Source: an uncultured Methanomicrobiales archaeon
Lineage (GTDB): Archaea > Halobacteriota > Methanomicrobia > Methanomicrobiales > Methanospirillaceae
Direction of reading: 5' to 3'
NCBI GenBank assembly: GCA_963758915.1
Contig: CAVWXH010000016.1
Coordinates: 320,001 to 384,000 of the forward strand
DNA: 64,000 bases
Under the pieces are notes generated by a model. It had not been told where the DNA came from, did no database searches, and saw nothing but the letters and a program-made list of their open reading frames with translations. The translations under genes were made by a program, and so were the position numbers. Positions 53,180 to 62,477 of this stretch are shown piece by piece (positions within the stretch are counted from its first letter, which is position 1; every line of letters begins with the position of its first letter).

Positions 53180-55006
53180 ATGAAGGTGTCTGGCCTGCAT
53201 TCCCCGAATTATTTTAAAGGTGTCATGAAGTCAATGGGGGTTGTCTTCGGGGACATTGGGACCAGTCCTATCTACACGCTCACCGTCATTTTTTTGCTGG
53301 TACGGCCTAACCTGGAAAACCTGTTAGGAATTATCTCCCTGATTGTATGGACATTAACAATTCTTGTGACAATCCAGTATGCATGGCTGGCGATGCAGCT
53401 CGGAAGGAAAGGCGAGGGTGGCACGATCGTGTTGAAGGAGATTATTCTTCCGATGCTAAAATCGGGACGTGCAATTGCATTCTTTTCCCTTCTTGCAATT
53501 ATCGGGGTATCACTCCTTATCGGTGATGCGGTAATCACACCGGCCATCAGTATTCTTTCTGCCGTGGAAGGCCTGAGACTGATCCCGGGAAATGAAGCGA
53601 TGAGCCAGAGTATCCTTGTTATTATTGCGGCACTCATTGCGATAGTACTCTTTTCCTTTCAGAAGAAAGGGACTGAAAAGGTTGCCTGGGCATTCGGGCC
53701 GATAATGGTCATATGGTTTTCAATACTTGCAGTAATGGGGCTTTTCTATATCCTGCAGGAACCACAGATAATCCAGGCTCTCAACCCTTACTATGGAATG
53801 CATTTTATGGCATCGAACGGTATTACCGCGTTCTTCATCCTGTCTCAGGTATTACTCTGTGCCACGGGTGGAGAAGCATTATTTGCCGACATGGGCCAGC
53901 TTGGGAGAGACCCGATCCTTAAGGCATGGGGGGTCGTTTTTTTTGCCCTTATTCTTAATTACCTCGGGCAGGGAGCATTTCTTCTCCAACACCCGGAATC
54001 TAAAAATATCCTTTTTGAGATGGCCTACACTACGGCACCCGTGCTGTATATTCCATTCCTGATTCTTGCGGTTGTCGCAACGGTAATTGCTTCACAGGCT
54101 GTCATTTCCGGTATATTTTCGATCGTCTACCAGGGGATTACCACACGTATCATCCCGCTCTTAAAAATTGACTATACATCGGCCGAACTCCGGTCACAGA
54201 TCTATATCGACTCTGTGAACTGGTTCATGCTCCTTGCCGTGCTGTATATCCTGTTCCAGTTCGAATATTCAGAGCGTCTGGCTGCAGCGTACGGGCTTGC
54301 AGTGATGGGGACAATGACCTTAACAGGTATCATGATTACCGCGATATTCCTGTTGAAACGGCAGTATATCAGGACTGCCATTGCATTTTGTGTGCTCCTT
54401 GTGGACCTGTCATTCCTCTTCTCTACAACATTCAAGATACCAAACGGTGGTTACTGGTCGTTGATAATCGCAGCGATCCCGTTCACCCTGATCATGATCT
54501 ATATCCACGGCCAGAAGCGGCTGTTTGCCGCGATGAACCCGATGGACCTGCCCGAATTCAGGGAACGGTATACCCATGTTTATGCTCATGTGAAAAAGAT
54601 CAAAGGAACCGCTCTCTTTTTTGCCAGGGATATCCAGAAGATTCCGAGCTACATCTCGCATACCATCTTCAACAACAACATCTTATACGAAGACAATATT
54701 ATCATCAGTCTTCACCAGCTCGACAACCCGTTCGGGGTGAGCGGGAAATTTGAGGAAGAACTGGAACCAGGACTGCGGGTTTTCCGGATTGACTATGGTT
54801 ACATGGAGATTATCAACATGCCTAAAATACTCCGGGATGCGGGTATCAGGGAGAAAACAATATTTTATGGGCTGGAGGAGATCGTCACTGATAACCTTGT
54901 GTGGAAAATATTCTCGGCAATTAAACGCCTTTCCCCTTCATTTGTTCAGTTCTACAAGCTCCCGTCCCATAAGATCCATGGCGTGGTAACCCGTATCGAG
55001 ATGTAA
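53180..55006 (+). CDS. kup: KUP/HAK/KT potassium uptake transporter
   Basis: GVVFGDIGTSPIY, GEGG, GDAVITPAISILSAVEG, TGGEALFADMG, ASQAVISG, AAYGLAV. Confidence 0.95.
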   Translation: MKVSGLHSPNYFKGVMKSMGVVFGDIGTSPIYTLTVIFLLVRPNLENLLGIISLIVWTLTILVTIQYAWLAMQLGRKGEGGTIVLKEIILPMLKSGRAIAFFSLLAIIGVSLLIGDAVITPAISILSAVEGLRLIPGNEAMSQSILVIIAALIAIVLFSFQKKGTEKVAWAFGPIMVIWFSILAVMGLFYILQEPQIIQALNPYYGMHFMASNGITAFFILSQVLLCATGGEALFADMGQLGRDPILKAWGVVFFALILNYLGQGAFLLQHPESKNILFEMAYTTAPVLYIPFLILAVVATVIASQAVISGIFSIVYQGITTRIIPLLKIDYTSAELRSQIYIDSVNWFMLLAVLYILFQFEYSERLAAAYGLAVMGTMTLTGIMITAIFLLKRQYIRTAIAFCVLLVDLSFLFSTTFKIPNGGYWSLIIAAIPFTLIMIYIHGQKRLFAAMNPMDLPEFRERYTHVYAHVKKIKGTALFFARDIQKIPSYISHTIFNNNILYEDNIIISLHQLDNPFGVSGKFEEELEPGLRVFRIDYGYMEIINMPKILRDAGIREKTIFYGLEEIVTDNLVWKIFSAIKRLSPSFVQFYKLPSHKIHGVVTRIEM

Positions 55007-55038
55007 AGCCGGTAATATTTCTGGAGGATAAATTCTGG

Positions 55039-56109
55039 ATGGATAAATCGCAGGCACGATGGATATGGATATCAGTCGCATTCTCAACGGTAGTACTGAT
55101 TATAGTCCTCGCCACGACCTTTGATGCAAATACCCTTCTTACAATACTCAAACTTAATCTCTGGTTCCTCTTACTTGCTACACTGTTGCGGGTAGCTTCC
55201 CTGTTATTCTGGGCGCTGCGTGTCAGGACCATGTCGGGATCGCTTGGTTACAAGGTGAAATTTTCGCACTGCTTTAATCTTGTAGTTGCAAATCTCCTTG
55301 CCGGTGCAATTACCCCAGGACAGGCCGGAGGTGAACCTGTCAGGATCCATGAGTTATATCGTGCTGATGTAAAAATCGGGGATGCAACCGCGGTAGTCCT
55401 TATGGAACGTGTACTTGATGGTGTTGTCCTGGTCATCATGGGGGTATTAGCCATGCTCCTCCTCCAGAGTATATGGAGAGGCTTAAACATTGGCCTGATT
55501 ATCGGCATGTTTTTCGGCCTTGCCATTATGATCGGGCTGATACTCCTCCTTTTCTACTCGGCACGGAGACCTGAGCGCGTAAAGGTGTTGCTGACCCGGA
55601 TAATAATCTGGGCAGGTACCCGATGGAAGGGAAAGACCATGCAGAAGATCACGCGGTATGCTGATGTGGAAATGGACAATTTCTTTGCAAGCCTGCACCG
55701 TTTTACCACGAGCGGCCGGAAAGGACTCATGTATGGTACCGTATTTACCACGTTATTCTGGGCATCAGAATTTTTTATTGCTTCATTTCTCCTGCTCTCA
55801 CTCGGGCAGCCACCGTTTATCGCTGAGTCTTACCTTTTCCAGTTGATTATTGCAATCGTGATGATGATCCCGCTGACACCAGGCTCATCAGGAATTGCTG
55901 AACTCTCGGCAACCTCACTGTATGCCCTGATTGTGCCTGCATCGGTACTCGGGCTTTTCGTCCTACTCTGGCGGTTGCTCCTCTTTTATTTCAATATCGC
56001 CATTGGCCTGGTTGCAAGCCTCCACATATTCAGGCGGGAGCTCCGGATTAACGATGAAAAAGAGGTTATGGTATCAGAAATACAAAACACCGAAAATAGC
56101 AGGGAATAA
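55039..56109 (+). CDS. UPF0104 / lysylphosphatidylglycerol synthase TM-like flippase domain protein
   Basis: TPGQAGGEP, ERVLD, PLTPGSSG.AE, LLWR...FY. Confidence 0.85.
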   Translation: MDKSQARWIWISVAFSTVVLIIVLATTFDANTLLTILKLNLWFLLLATLLRVASLLFWALRVRTMSGSLGYKVKFSHCFNLVVANLLAGAITPGQAGGEPVRIHELYRADVKIGDATAVVLMERVLDGVVLVIMGVLAMLLLQSIWRGLNIGLIIGMFFGLAIMIGLILLLFYSARRPERVKVLLTRIIIWAGTRWKGKTMQKITRYADVEMDNFFASLHRFTTSGRKGLMYGTVFTTLFWASEFFIASFLLLSLGQPPFIAESYLFQLIIAIVMMIPLTPGSSGIAELSATSLYALIVPASVLGLFVLLWRLLLFYFNIAIGLVASLHIFRRELRINDEKEVMVSEIQNTENSRE

Positions 56110-56272
56110 CATTTGATAACACGATCCTGAATATTTGCAAGGATATCAGGGAGAACCCGGCCGGGATAGAAATAAAAAAATGTCACGTTACCAGTTCATT
56201 CCAGCAAAAAATAAATTATGTGGCGGCCCGGCACTTGTATTTCCGACCAGGATACCGGTGTTTCATACCAAT

Positions 56273-57244
56273 TCAGAGGTCCGGCATTTTACTGGCCATG
56301 TACCACGCATGGGCAGCCAGGATACAATAAATTGGGTAATGGATTCCATACGTGTTGAATTCTCCGTTTGAAGTAAAAACAAGCGTTGTTGCATAGACGT
56401 CTATCTGGAATATGATAATGCCCCACCATTTTCCAAGGTAGAAATAGCCCATTCCCGGCAGGACAAAATTCAGGAACCCCGCAATGAACGGGTTTTTCCG
56501 GAGTCTTGGTCTAAGCGAAAGACCGCGTGGGAGAAAGGCAAGTGAGAGCCCGACACGCGGTGCAGATTTCACGGCATTCCAGCGTACATTATCATTTGCA
56601 TCGCTCAGCGAACGATAAACCAACGGAATGGCCTTTTCAGACCCGATAGATCCCAATGCCCTTACTGCTTTTTCCCGGATTTCACTATCATGATCGGTCA
56701 GGGCTACATTGAGAGGTTCAATTGCAGCTTCTCCAATTGCAACCATTTCTTTCCATTCCTGTTTACCGAGGTGCAGGTAGGCATGCAGGGTATCATTTTC
56801 AGGCTGCCACTGGAATTTATCAAGGGCTACCGCAGCCCCATACCTGACAAAACGGTCGCGGTCTTTTAATGCCACAACAAGTGATGGGATTGCCAGGCCA
56901 TCACCTATCTCGCCAAGCGCGAGTGCTGCTTCCCATCTAACCTCATTATCCGGGTCGTGAAGAGCATCGATCAGGGGCTTGACTGCTTCAGGGGCCTTGA
57001 TCTCCCCCAGTGCCTCCATGACCCCCAGCCTGATATGTTTGTTCCTTGACTGTAACGCAAGGAGCAGACGGTTCTTTCCCTCAGCCCCCATCTCCCCCAG
57101 TGCTTCAGCGGCCCGCCACTGGATATCGAGGTCCTTATACATGAGCGCCCGTATAAGGCCGTCGATATCTTTTCGTCGTTTCATCTGTTCGATATCCGGA
57201 GGTTCCGGGCGGAATATGTTTAGTATTTTCAGCTGCACCACCAC
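56273..57244 (-). CDS. HEAT/PBS-lyase repeat protein with C-terminal TM2-like membrane domain
   Basis: Repeats VRWEAALALGEIGD; KNPFIAGFLNFVLPGMGYFYLGKW. Confidence 0.85.
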   Translation of the reverse strand: MVVQLKILNIFRPEPPDIEQMKRRKDIDGLIRALMYKDLDIQWRAAEALGEMGAEGKNRLLLALQSRNKHIRLGVMEALGEIKAPEAVKPLIDALHDPDNEVRWEAALALGEIGDGLAIPSLVVALKDRDRFVRYGAAVALDKFQWQPENDTLHAYLHLGKQEWKEMVAIGEAAIEPLNVALTDHDSEIREKAVRALGSIGSEKAIPLVYRSLSDANDNVRWNAVKSAPRVGLSLAFLPRGLSLRPRLRKNPFIAGFLNFVLPGMGYFYLGKWWGIIIFQIDVYATTLVFTSNGEFNTYGIHYPIYCILAAHAWYMASKMPDL

Positions 57245-57361
57245 CAGTTGCAGATATCGATTAAACTGGCAGATATTCCGGATGTGCCGTTATGATCAGA
57301 ATGATCTAATATCGCAGGCAATTTTCCTCTGCCAGGGTGTACAAACAAAGTATTCATGCTA

Positions 57362-58342
57362 TCACAGGTCAGGGATTTTGTTACCAAGGTACCAGGCGTG
57401 CAATGCGAACGCTATCGAATACGGAACTGATAGCAGGGGAATTACCAGGAACGGAAGCTGGCTCCCGGTCAGTGCAATTGTCATTAAGTTTATCGTAATA
57501 AAGACCTGGAATAAGAGAAACCCGAACCAGTAACCAAGGTAATTATACCCGATGCCAAGAAACATCAGGTTCAGGAGGGCGGCTATATAGGGACTTGGTT
57601 TCGTTCTGGGCCGCCTGGAGAGTCCCATGGGCAGAATTGTCAGTGGGATACCACATTTCGGAAACGAAAGGGCTGCCTGCTTCCGCACCATCGGGTCAGG
57701 GTCACGCAATGTTATACTACAGGCTGCCCGTGCATAGGGAGTATGGAGTTCACTGAGTGAATCTACCGCTGCAACACGTACTCTCGGGTCACGGTCCATT
57801 AACGCCCAGAGCAACGGTTCATTCGCGGGTTCTCCAAGAGGGGGGATTTTATCCCATTCCTGCTTTGCTATGTAGTAATATGCCCGCATGGGGATATCCG
57901 GGGGTTCCCACCCAAACATGTCAAGCGCAGTCGCCGCTCCGTACCGCACATATTTATCCGTATCTCTCAACGCGATGACTATCATGAAGATCGCGGATTC
58001 ATCCCCTATTGAAGCCAGCGAATATACCGCAGCCCACCTCACCTCGTTGCTCTTGTCAACCCTGAGCCGTTCTATCAGGGGAGCTACCGCCTGGCGGGAA
58101 CCTATTACACCGAGGGCTTCAGCAGCCCCGATTCTGACTGCCCTATTCCGGTGTTTCAGCGAATTGATAAGAAGCGGAAGAGCAGGTTCACCAATTCCGG
58201 CTAACACCCCCGAAGATTTTCTCTGGATATCCTGATCAGGGTACCCGAGTAGAGAGACGAGGTCTTTGGTGCTTCCACCCCGGAGTATGCGCTGGACTTT
58301 AGCATCATTTGGCCAGAATATTTTTTGGATGTTCATGGGCAT
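57362..58342 (-). CDS. HEAT/PBS-lyase repeat protein with C-terminal TM2-like membrane domain (tandem paralog)
   Basis: VRIGAAEALGVIG, VRWAAVYSLASIG; SPYIAALLNLMFLGIGYNYLG; ends KIPDL. Confidence 0.85.
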   Translation of the reverse strand: MPMNIQKIFWPNDAKVQRILRGGSTKDLVSLLGYPDQDIQRKSSGVLAGIGEPALPLLINSLKHRNRAVRIGAAEALGVIGSRQAVAPLIERLRVDKSNEVRWAAVYSLASIGDESAIFMIVIALRDTDKYVRYGAATALDMFGWEPPDIPMRAYYYIAKQEWDKIPPLGEPANEPLLWALMDRDPRVRVAAVDSLSELHTPYARAACSITLRDPDPMVRKQAALSFPKCGIPLTILPMGLSRRPRTKPSPYIAALLNLMFLGIGYNYLGYWFGFLLFQVFITINLMTIALTGSQLPFLVIPLLSVPYSIAFALHAWYLGNKIPDL

Positions 58343-58743
58343 CCCCGAATTCTCCTGCTGCCGTCCAGGTTCTTTCCCCCCTTCGTACTGTTACTATGAG
58401 GTGCCCGATTGATTGCCTCATCATGAATGGTCAACTGGTACCTGAAAAATATCGATACTTCGAAAAAATTCAGTCAATTCAAAACTCCCTGCAGTAACTT
58501 CACAGCAAACATAGCCACCATCCGGTCTGCCATATAATGCGGTACCCCAGGCATGCTTCATTTTGACATAAATCCCCCGGTATTTTGTCAGTATGGTAAA
58601 TTAATTCTGAATTGGGATAATTAATTGGTTCTACCAGAACCATATAAACGTTTGCGGGGTTACGTTGCCTGAGAGTACCTTATTTGCAGAGAATTTTACT
58701 ATGTTAAAATCAGAACTCCAAATTTACCAGAAAAACGGGCTTA

Positions 58744-58985
58744 GTTAAAACATAAGAGGGAAATGCGAAGACCGGAGGGGATTTCAACCCCTCCTTTACC
58801 CAGTCGCGATAATATATTCATGGGAAGGGTTCTACCGGGACATTGGAGGGAGATTTCAGAGACTGGAAGATCATTCCTAGTCCCAACCAGGGCCGCTAAA
58901 GTAACGGGACGGAGCCCCGGGAGCGTGACAAAATTGTATAATATCCGAAGTTAAAAGAGAGACTGAGAGGGCTTGACCAAAGGGA
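58744..58985 (-). repeat. Copy D of ~230-bp dispersed intergenic element
   Basis: AAGAGGGAAATGCGAAGACCGGAGGGGATTTCAACCCCTCC...TATTCAT...ATTTCAGAGA...GGGCC...GGAGC...GAGCGTGA, collinear with 10698-10935. Confidence 0.8.
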
Positions 58986-59040
58986 AAAAACAGTAAACAG
59001 GGGTTAATAGTTCGAATAAAAGGAAATTTCTCCTCAATAG

Positions 59041-59964
59041 TTATATTGTCCTCGGATCTCCCAACATTTTAACTAATAATGCTTTCTGGGCATGCAAACG
59101 GTTTTCTGCTTCGTCCCAGACTACACTCTGAGGCCCCTCGATTACTTCATCTGTTATTTCATGACCACGGTGCGCGGGGAGACAATGCATGACAATAGCA
59201 TCGGGAGAAGCATGTTTTAATAAATTATTATCGACGGTATAACCCTGGAATGCCTTGATGCGGACATCATACCGTGCTTCTTCTCCCATCGAGACCCAGG
59301 TGTCGGTTACCACTACATCGGCATCCCTGACTGCCTGAACAGGGTCGTGCATTACTTCCACCCGCCCGCCAAGTCCTCTCGCTCTTTCAATTACCTCTTC
59401 TTTTGGTAAAAAACCGACAGGACTTGCAATATTCACAATCATACCGGTAATCGCTGAGGACAACACCAGCGAGTTGCAGACATTATTCCCGTCACCGACC
59501 CAGGCCACTTTGACATCAATCGTTGAACCAAAATGCTCCCAGATCGTGAGTATATCAGCAAGAAGCTGGCAGGGGTGCTCCTTGTCTGACAGTCCGTTAA
59601 TAACCGGGACCGTTGAATACCGGGCAAAGTCAACAATTGTCTGGTGTTTGTATGCCCTGATCATCAGGCCTGATACATACCGTGAGGCCACCCGTGCAGT
59701 ATCCCTGATCTCTTCTCCACGACCAATCTGGAGGTCCTGGGAATTCAGGTACAGGGCATGACCCCCGAGATCATGCATACCTACTTCGAAGGAAAGCCTC
59801 GTTCTCGTTGAAGGCTTTTCAAATATCATTGCGAGCGCCTTTCTCTTCAGTAGTTCATGAGGCGTCCCGGTTTGTTTCATTTTTTTGAGATGTTTCGCTT
59901 CGGTGAGGATCTTCTGCAATTCCTCTTCGGAAATATCTAGAAGCGAGAGAAGGTCTTTTTTCAT
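59041..59964 (-). CDS. argF: Ornithine carbamoyltransferase
   Basis: [37 protein letters not shown]. Confidence 0.97.
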   Translation of the reverse strand: MKKDLLSLLDISEEELQKILTEAKHLKKMKQTGTPHELLKRKALAMIFEKPSTRTRLSFEVGMHDLGGHALYLNSQDLQIGRGEEIRDTARVASRYVSGLMIRAYKHQTIVDFARYSTVPVINGLSDKEHPCQLLADILTIWEHFGSTIDVKVAWVGDGNNVCNSLVLSSAITGMIVNIASPVGFLPKEEVIERARGLGGRVEVMHDPVQAVRDADVVVTDTWVSMGEEARYDVRIKAFQGYTVDNNLLKHASPDAIVMHCLPAHRGHEITDEVIEGPQSVVWDEAENRLHAQKALLVKMLGDPRTI

Positions 59965-61253
59965 CGTATCTCCTTCATATGTTCAATTCTTTTCTGGAGC
60001 AGGGCTTGTGTACCGATATCGCGACGGTAACTGATGTCGCCGACGACGGACGAGGCTGCCGATTCTGCAATTTTTTCCGCATCCGCAAGCGTGTCTGCCC
60101 TTCCCACGAATGCAAGCGCCCGTGAAGACTGGGTCAGGAGTTCTCCGTTATTCAACTCTACATTTGCGTAAAATAGCAATGCCTTGCCATAGTCCCCGAA
60201 CGTCAGGGGCCTTCCGGTTCTCGGGGTATCAGGGTAACCTTCCGGTACAAGGTACTTGCAGACCGTAGCCTCCTTTGAAAATGTTACTGACCCCACTGAA
60301 AGCGTCCCTTCAGTAATCCTGATCAGAATTTCAGTCATATCGGATTCAAGGAGCGAAAGAACATTCATCGCTTCCGGGTCACCAAACCTGGCATTGAACT
60401 CAATCACCATAGGGCCGTTTCGGGTGTTCATAAACTGCCCGTATAGTATTCCCCGATATGGCTGCCCGATTTTTGCCATCACGGCCACCACGTCCTTCAT
60501 GATGCGAAGGGCTTTTTCCCGGTCATTGTGGGTGACAAAAGGCAAAGAATGGTCAGGCATACTATAGGAACCCATACCTCCAGTATTTGGGCCCTGGTCC
60601 CCTTCAAATGCACGTTTATGGTCCTGGACAAGTGGCATGGGTATCAGGTGTGTGCCGTCAACAAATGCCTGGAGTGTGAATTCTTCTCCGATGAGACGCT
60701 CCTCAACAACCACCCGGCCTTCCAGTTGTTTTGCATAATCGATCGCGCCGTTCCGGTCCACGTGCTCCCCCATGATACGGACCCCCTTTCCACCGGTAAG
60801 GCCGACAGGCTTGATTGCAAGGTCCCCGGGATATTGTGAAATAAATGATACGGCATCTTCCTGGTCCTGAAATACGCGGTATTTCGGGCAGCCTGCTATA
60901 CCGTGGCGGTCCATCATCATCCTGCAGAACCCTTTGTCAGTCTCGAGACGGGCAGCTAACCTCGTTGGACCTACGCATGCGATCTCCCGGGATTCAAGTT
61001 CATCAGCAATTCCCGCCTGCAGAGGGGCTTCAGGCCCGATAATTGCGCACTGGACTCCAATACCTGAAGCAAAATCCGCAATCCGTTTGACGTTCGTCTC
61101 ATTCTCGACAAGGACTCGTTTTGAAACAGACCAGATACCAGGATTTTTCTTCGCCATTACGGAATAAAGTTCTACTTCACTGTTGCGGGAAAGGACGCTT
61201 GCTATTGCATGCTCCCTGCCCCCTCCCCCTACAACAAGGATCTTCAGTGTCAT
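59961..61253 (-). CDS. purD: Phosphoribosylamine--glycine ligase
   Basis: [47 protein letters not shown]. Confidence 0.97.
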   Translation of the reverse strand: MTLKILVVGGGGREHAIASVLSRNSEVELYSVMAKKNPGIWSVSKRVLVENETNVKRIADFASGIGVQCAIIGPEAPLQAGIADELESREIACVGPTRLAARLETDKGFCRMMMDRHGIAGCPKYRVFQDQEDAVSFISQYPGDLAIKPVGLTGGKGVRIMGEHVDRNGAIDYAKQLEGRVVVEERLIGEEFTLQAFVDGTHLIPMPLVQDHKRAFEGDQGPNTGGMGSYSMPDHSLPFVTHNDREKALRIMKDVVAVMAKIGQPYRGILYGQFMNTRNGPMVIEFNARFGDPEAMNVLSLLESDMTEILIRITEGTLSVGSVTFSKEATVCKYLVPEGYPDTPRTGRPLTFGDYGKALLFYANVELNNGELLTQSSRALAFVGRADTLADAEKIAESAASSVVGDISYRRDIGTQALLQKRIEHMKEIR

Positions 61254-61282
61254 GTATCAGACCTACCGTCAATTATTACTGG

Positions 61283-61795
61283 TTACTCTCTGGTTATCTC
61301 GCTTGCTTTAACTAGTGCGTGCAATGTAACGTTATCTTTCGCAAGTGCAGCGGTGGCGCCCTGCTCCCTGTCAACCACAGTCACGACCGTGCTAATCCTG
61401 GCGCCGGCATCCCGGAGCGCCCGTATTCCGTATAATGCAGATCCACCTGAGGTTGTCACATCCTCAACGAGGAGGACATTTTTTCCTTTCACATCCCCTA
61501 TTAACCTGCCAGTTTTTCCGTGGTCTTTCTCTGCACTCCTGATAATTGCATAGGGACGTTTATCCGCGAGCGAGACCCCGACAGCAAGCGGGACTCCGCC
61601 AACAGCGACTCCTGCAACGATATCTGATGGAAATCTGCCCGCAATTTCCCCGCACACCAGTTCCAGCAGTGCGGGGTCTGTCATCGCAGATTTGATATCG
61701 AGGTAATACGAGCTGACCGCACCTGATGCAAGAACAAAATGGCCGTATTCTACCGCACCGTGCCTGATAAGTGCATCCGCGATCCGGTTTACCAT
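61283..61795 (-). CDS. pyrE: Orotate phosphoribosyltransferase
   Basis: FVLASG..SSYYLD, KDHG, LLVEDVTTSGGS. Confidence 0.93.
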   Translation of the reverse strand: MVNRIADALIRHGAVEYGHFVLASGAVSSYYLDIKSAMTDPALLELVCGEIAGRFPSDIVAGVAVGGVPLAVGVSLADKRPYAIIRSAEKDHGKTGRLIGDVKGKNVLLVEDVTTSGGSALYGIRALRDAGARISTVVTVVDREQGATAALAKDNVTLHALVKASEITRE

Positions 61796-61832
61796 GCTGT
61801 CCCTCTGATAGTCACTATGTCCGAAATCTCTG

Positions 61833-62381
61833 TTACCATGGGACCTCCTTCACGCCTGCCAGGTACCCGATGATATTGGTTGCCCGGTGGAGCAGGGGGG
61901 TAATAATCAGAATTATTATCACAATCGGCACCGTCATGACGCTGAAAAACCATTGTGGATCGAACACCGCTGTAAGCAGGAAAGCTCCTGCAACGAGGTC
62001 ATACTGGTCTGCCACCGGCCAGGGGTCTCCCGACTTTTTACCGAGACGGCGCTTGAAAAAACTCTTTCCAAGGTCCCCAAGGAGTGCCCCTGTTGCAAGG
62101 AGGAAAACTGACAGCATTGTGAGGACTGGGAAAAAATCCCAGTTGAAATATGACGCAAGTGAAATCTGGACTACCCCGACAATGACCCCGCATGCAATCC
62201 CGAGGATCAGACCTCTCCATGTCTTACCGCTCCCGAAGAGCCTCCTGCCGTCGTTAAAATTTCTCCCCCCGTCAATGGGTGCGCCCCCTCCGAATGCAGC
62301 TGCCGAGGAGTTTGGGATATACGCTGGCAGCATAATCCAAAGAGCTGATACCAATGCAATTATTACTGTTTCGATACTAAT
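61833..62381 (-). CDS. carS: CDP-archaeol synthase (DUF46); start uncertain
   Basis: MLPAYIPN..A, PIDGG....DGRR.FG.GKTWRG, GDL.KSFFKRR, DQYD, TPLLHR..N.IGY..G.K.VPW. Confidence 0.9.
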   Translation of the reverse strand: MSIETVIIALVSALWIMLPAYIPNSSAAAFGGGAPIDGGRNFNDGRRLFGSGKTWRGLILGIACGVIVGVVQISLASYFNWDFFPVLTMLSVFLLATGALLGDLGKSFFKRRLGKKSGDPWPVADQYDLVAGAFLLTAVFDPQWFFSVMTVPIVIIILIITPLLHRATNIIGYLAGVKEVPW

Positions 62382-62477
62382 AACTGGAGCACCCCAATAC
62401 CTAAAATAAAGAGCAGATATAAACATTAAGGTATCTAAGGGAGAAATTCCAGTAAAGGATACAACGGTTGGAGTATT

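Noticed and set aside
58763-58954. 63-aa ORF, and similarly ORFs 44074-44295, 44295-44528 and 36314-36595
   Set aside because: They overlie the dispersed element; reading frames are not conserved between copies and there are no protein motifs.
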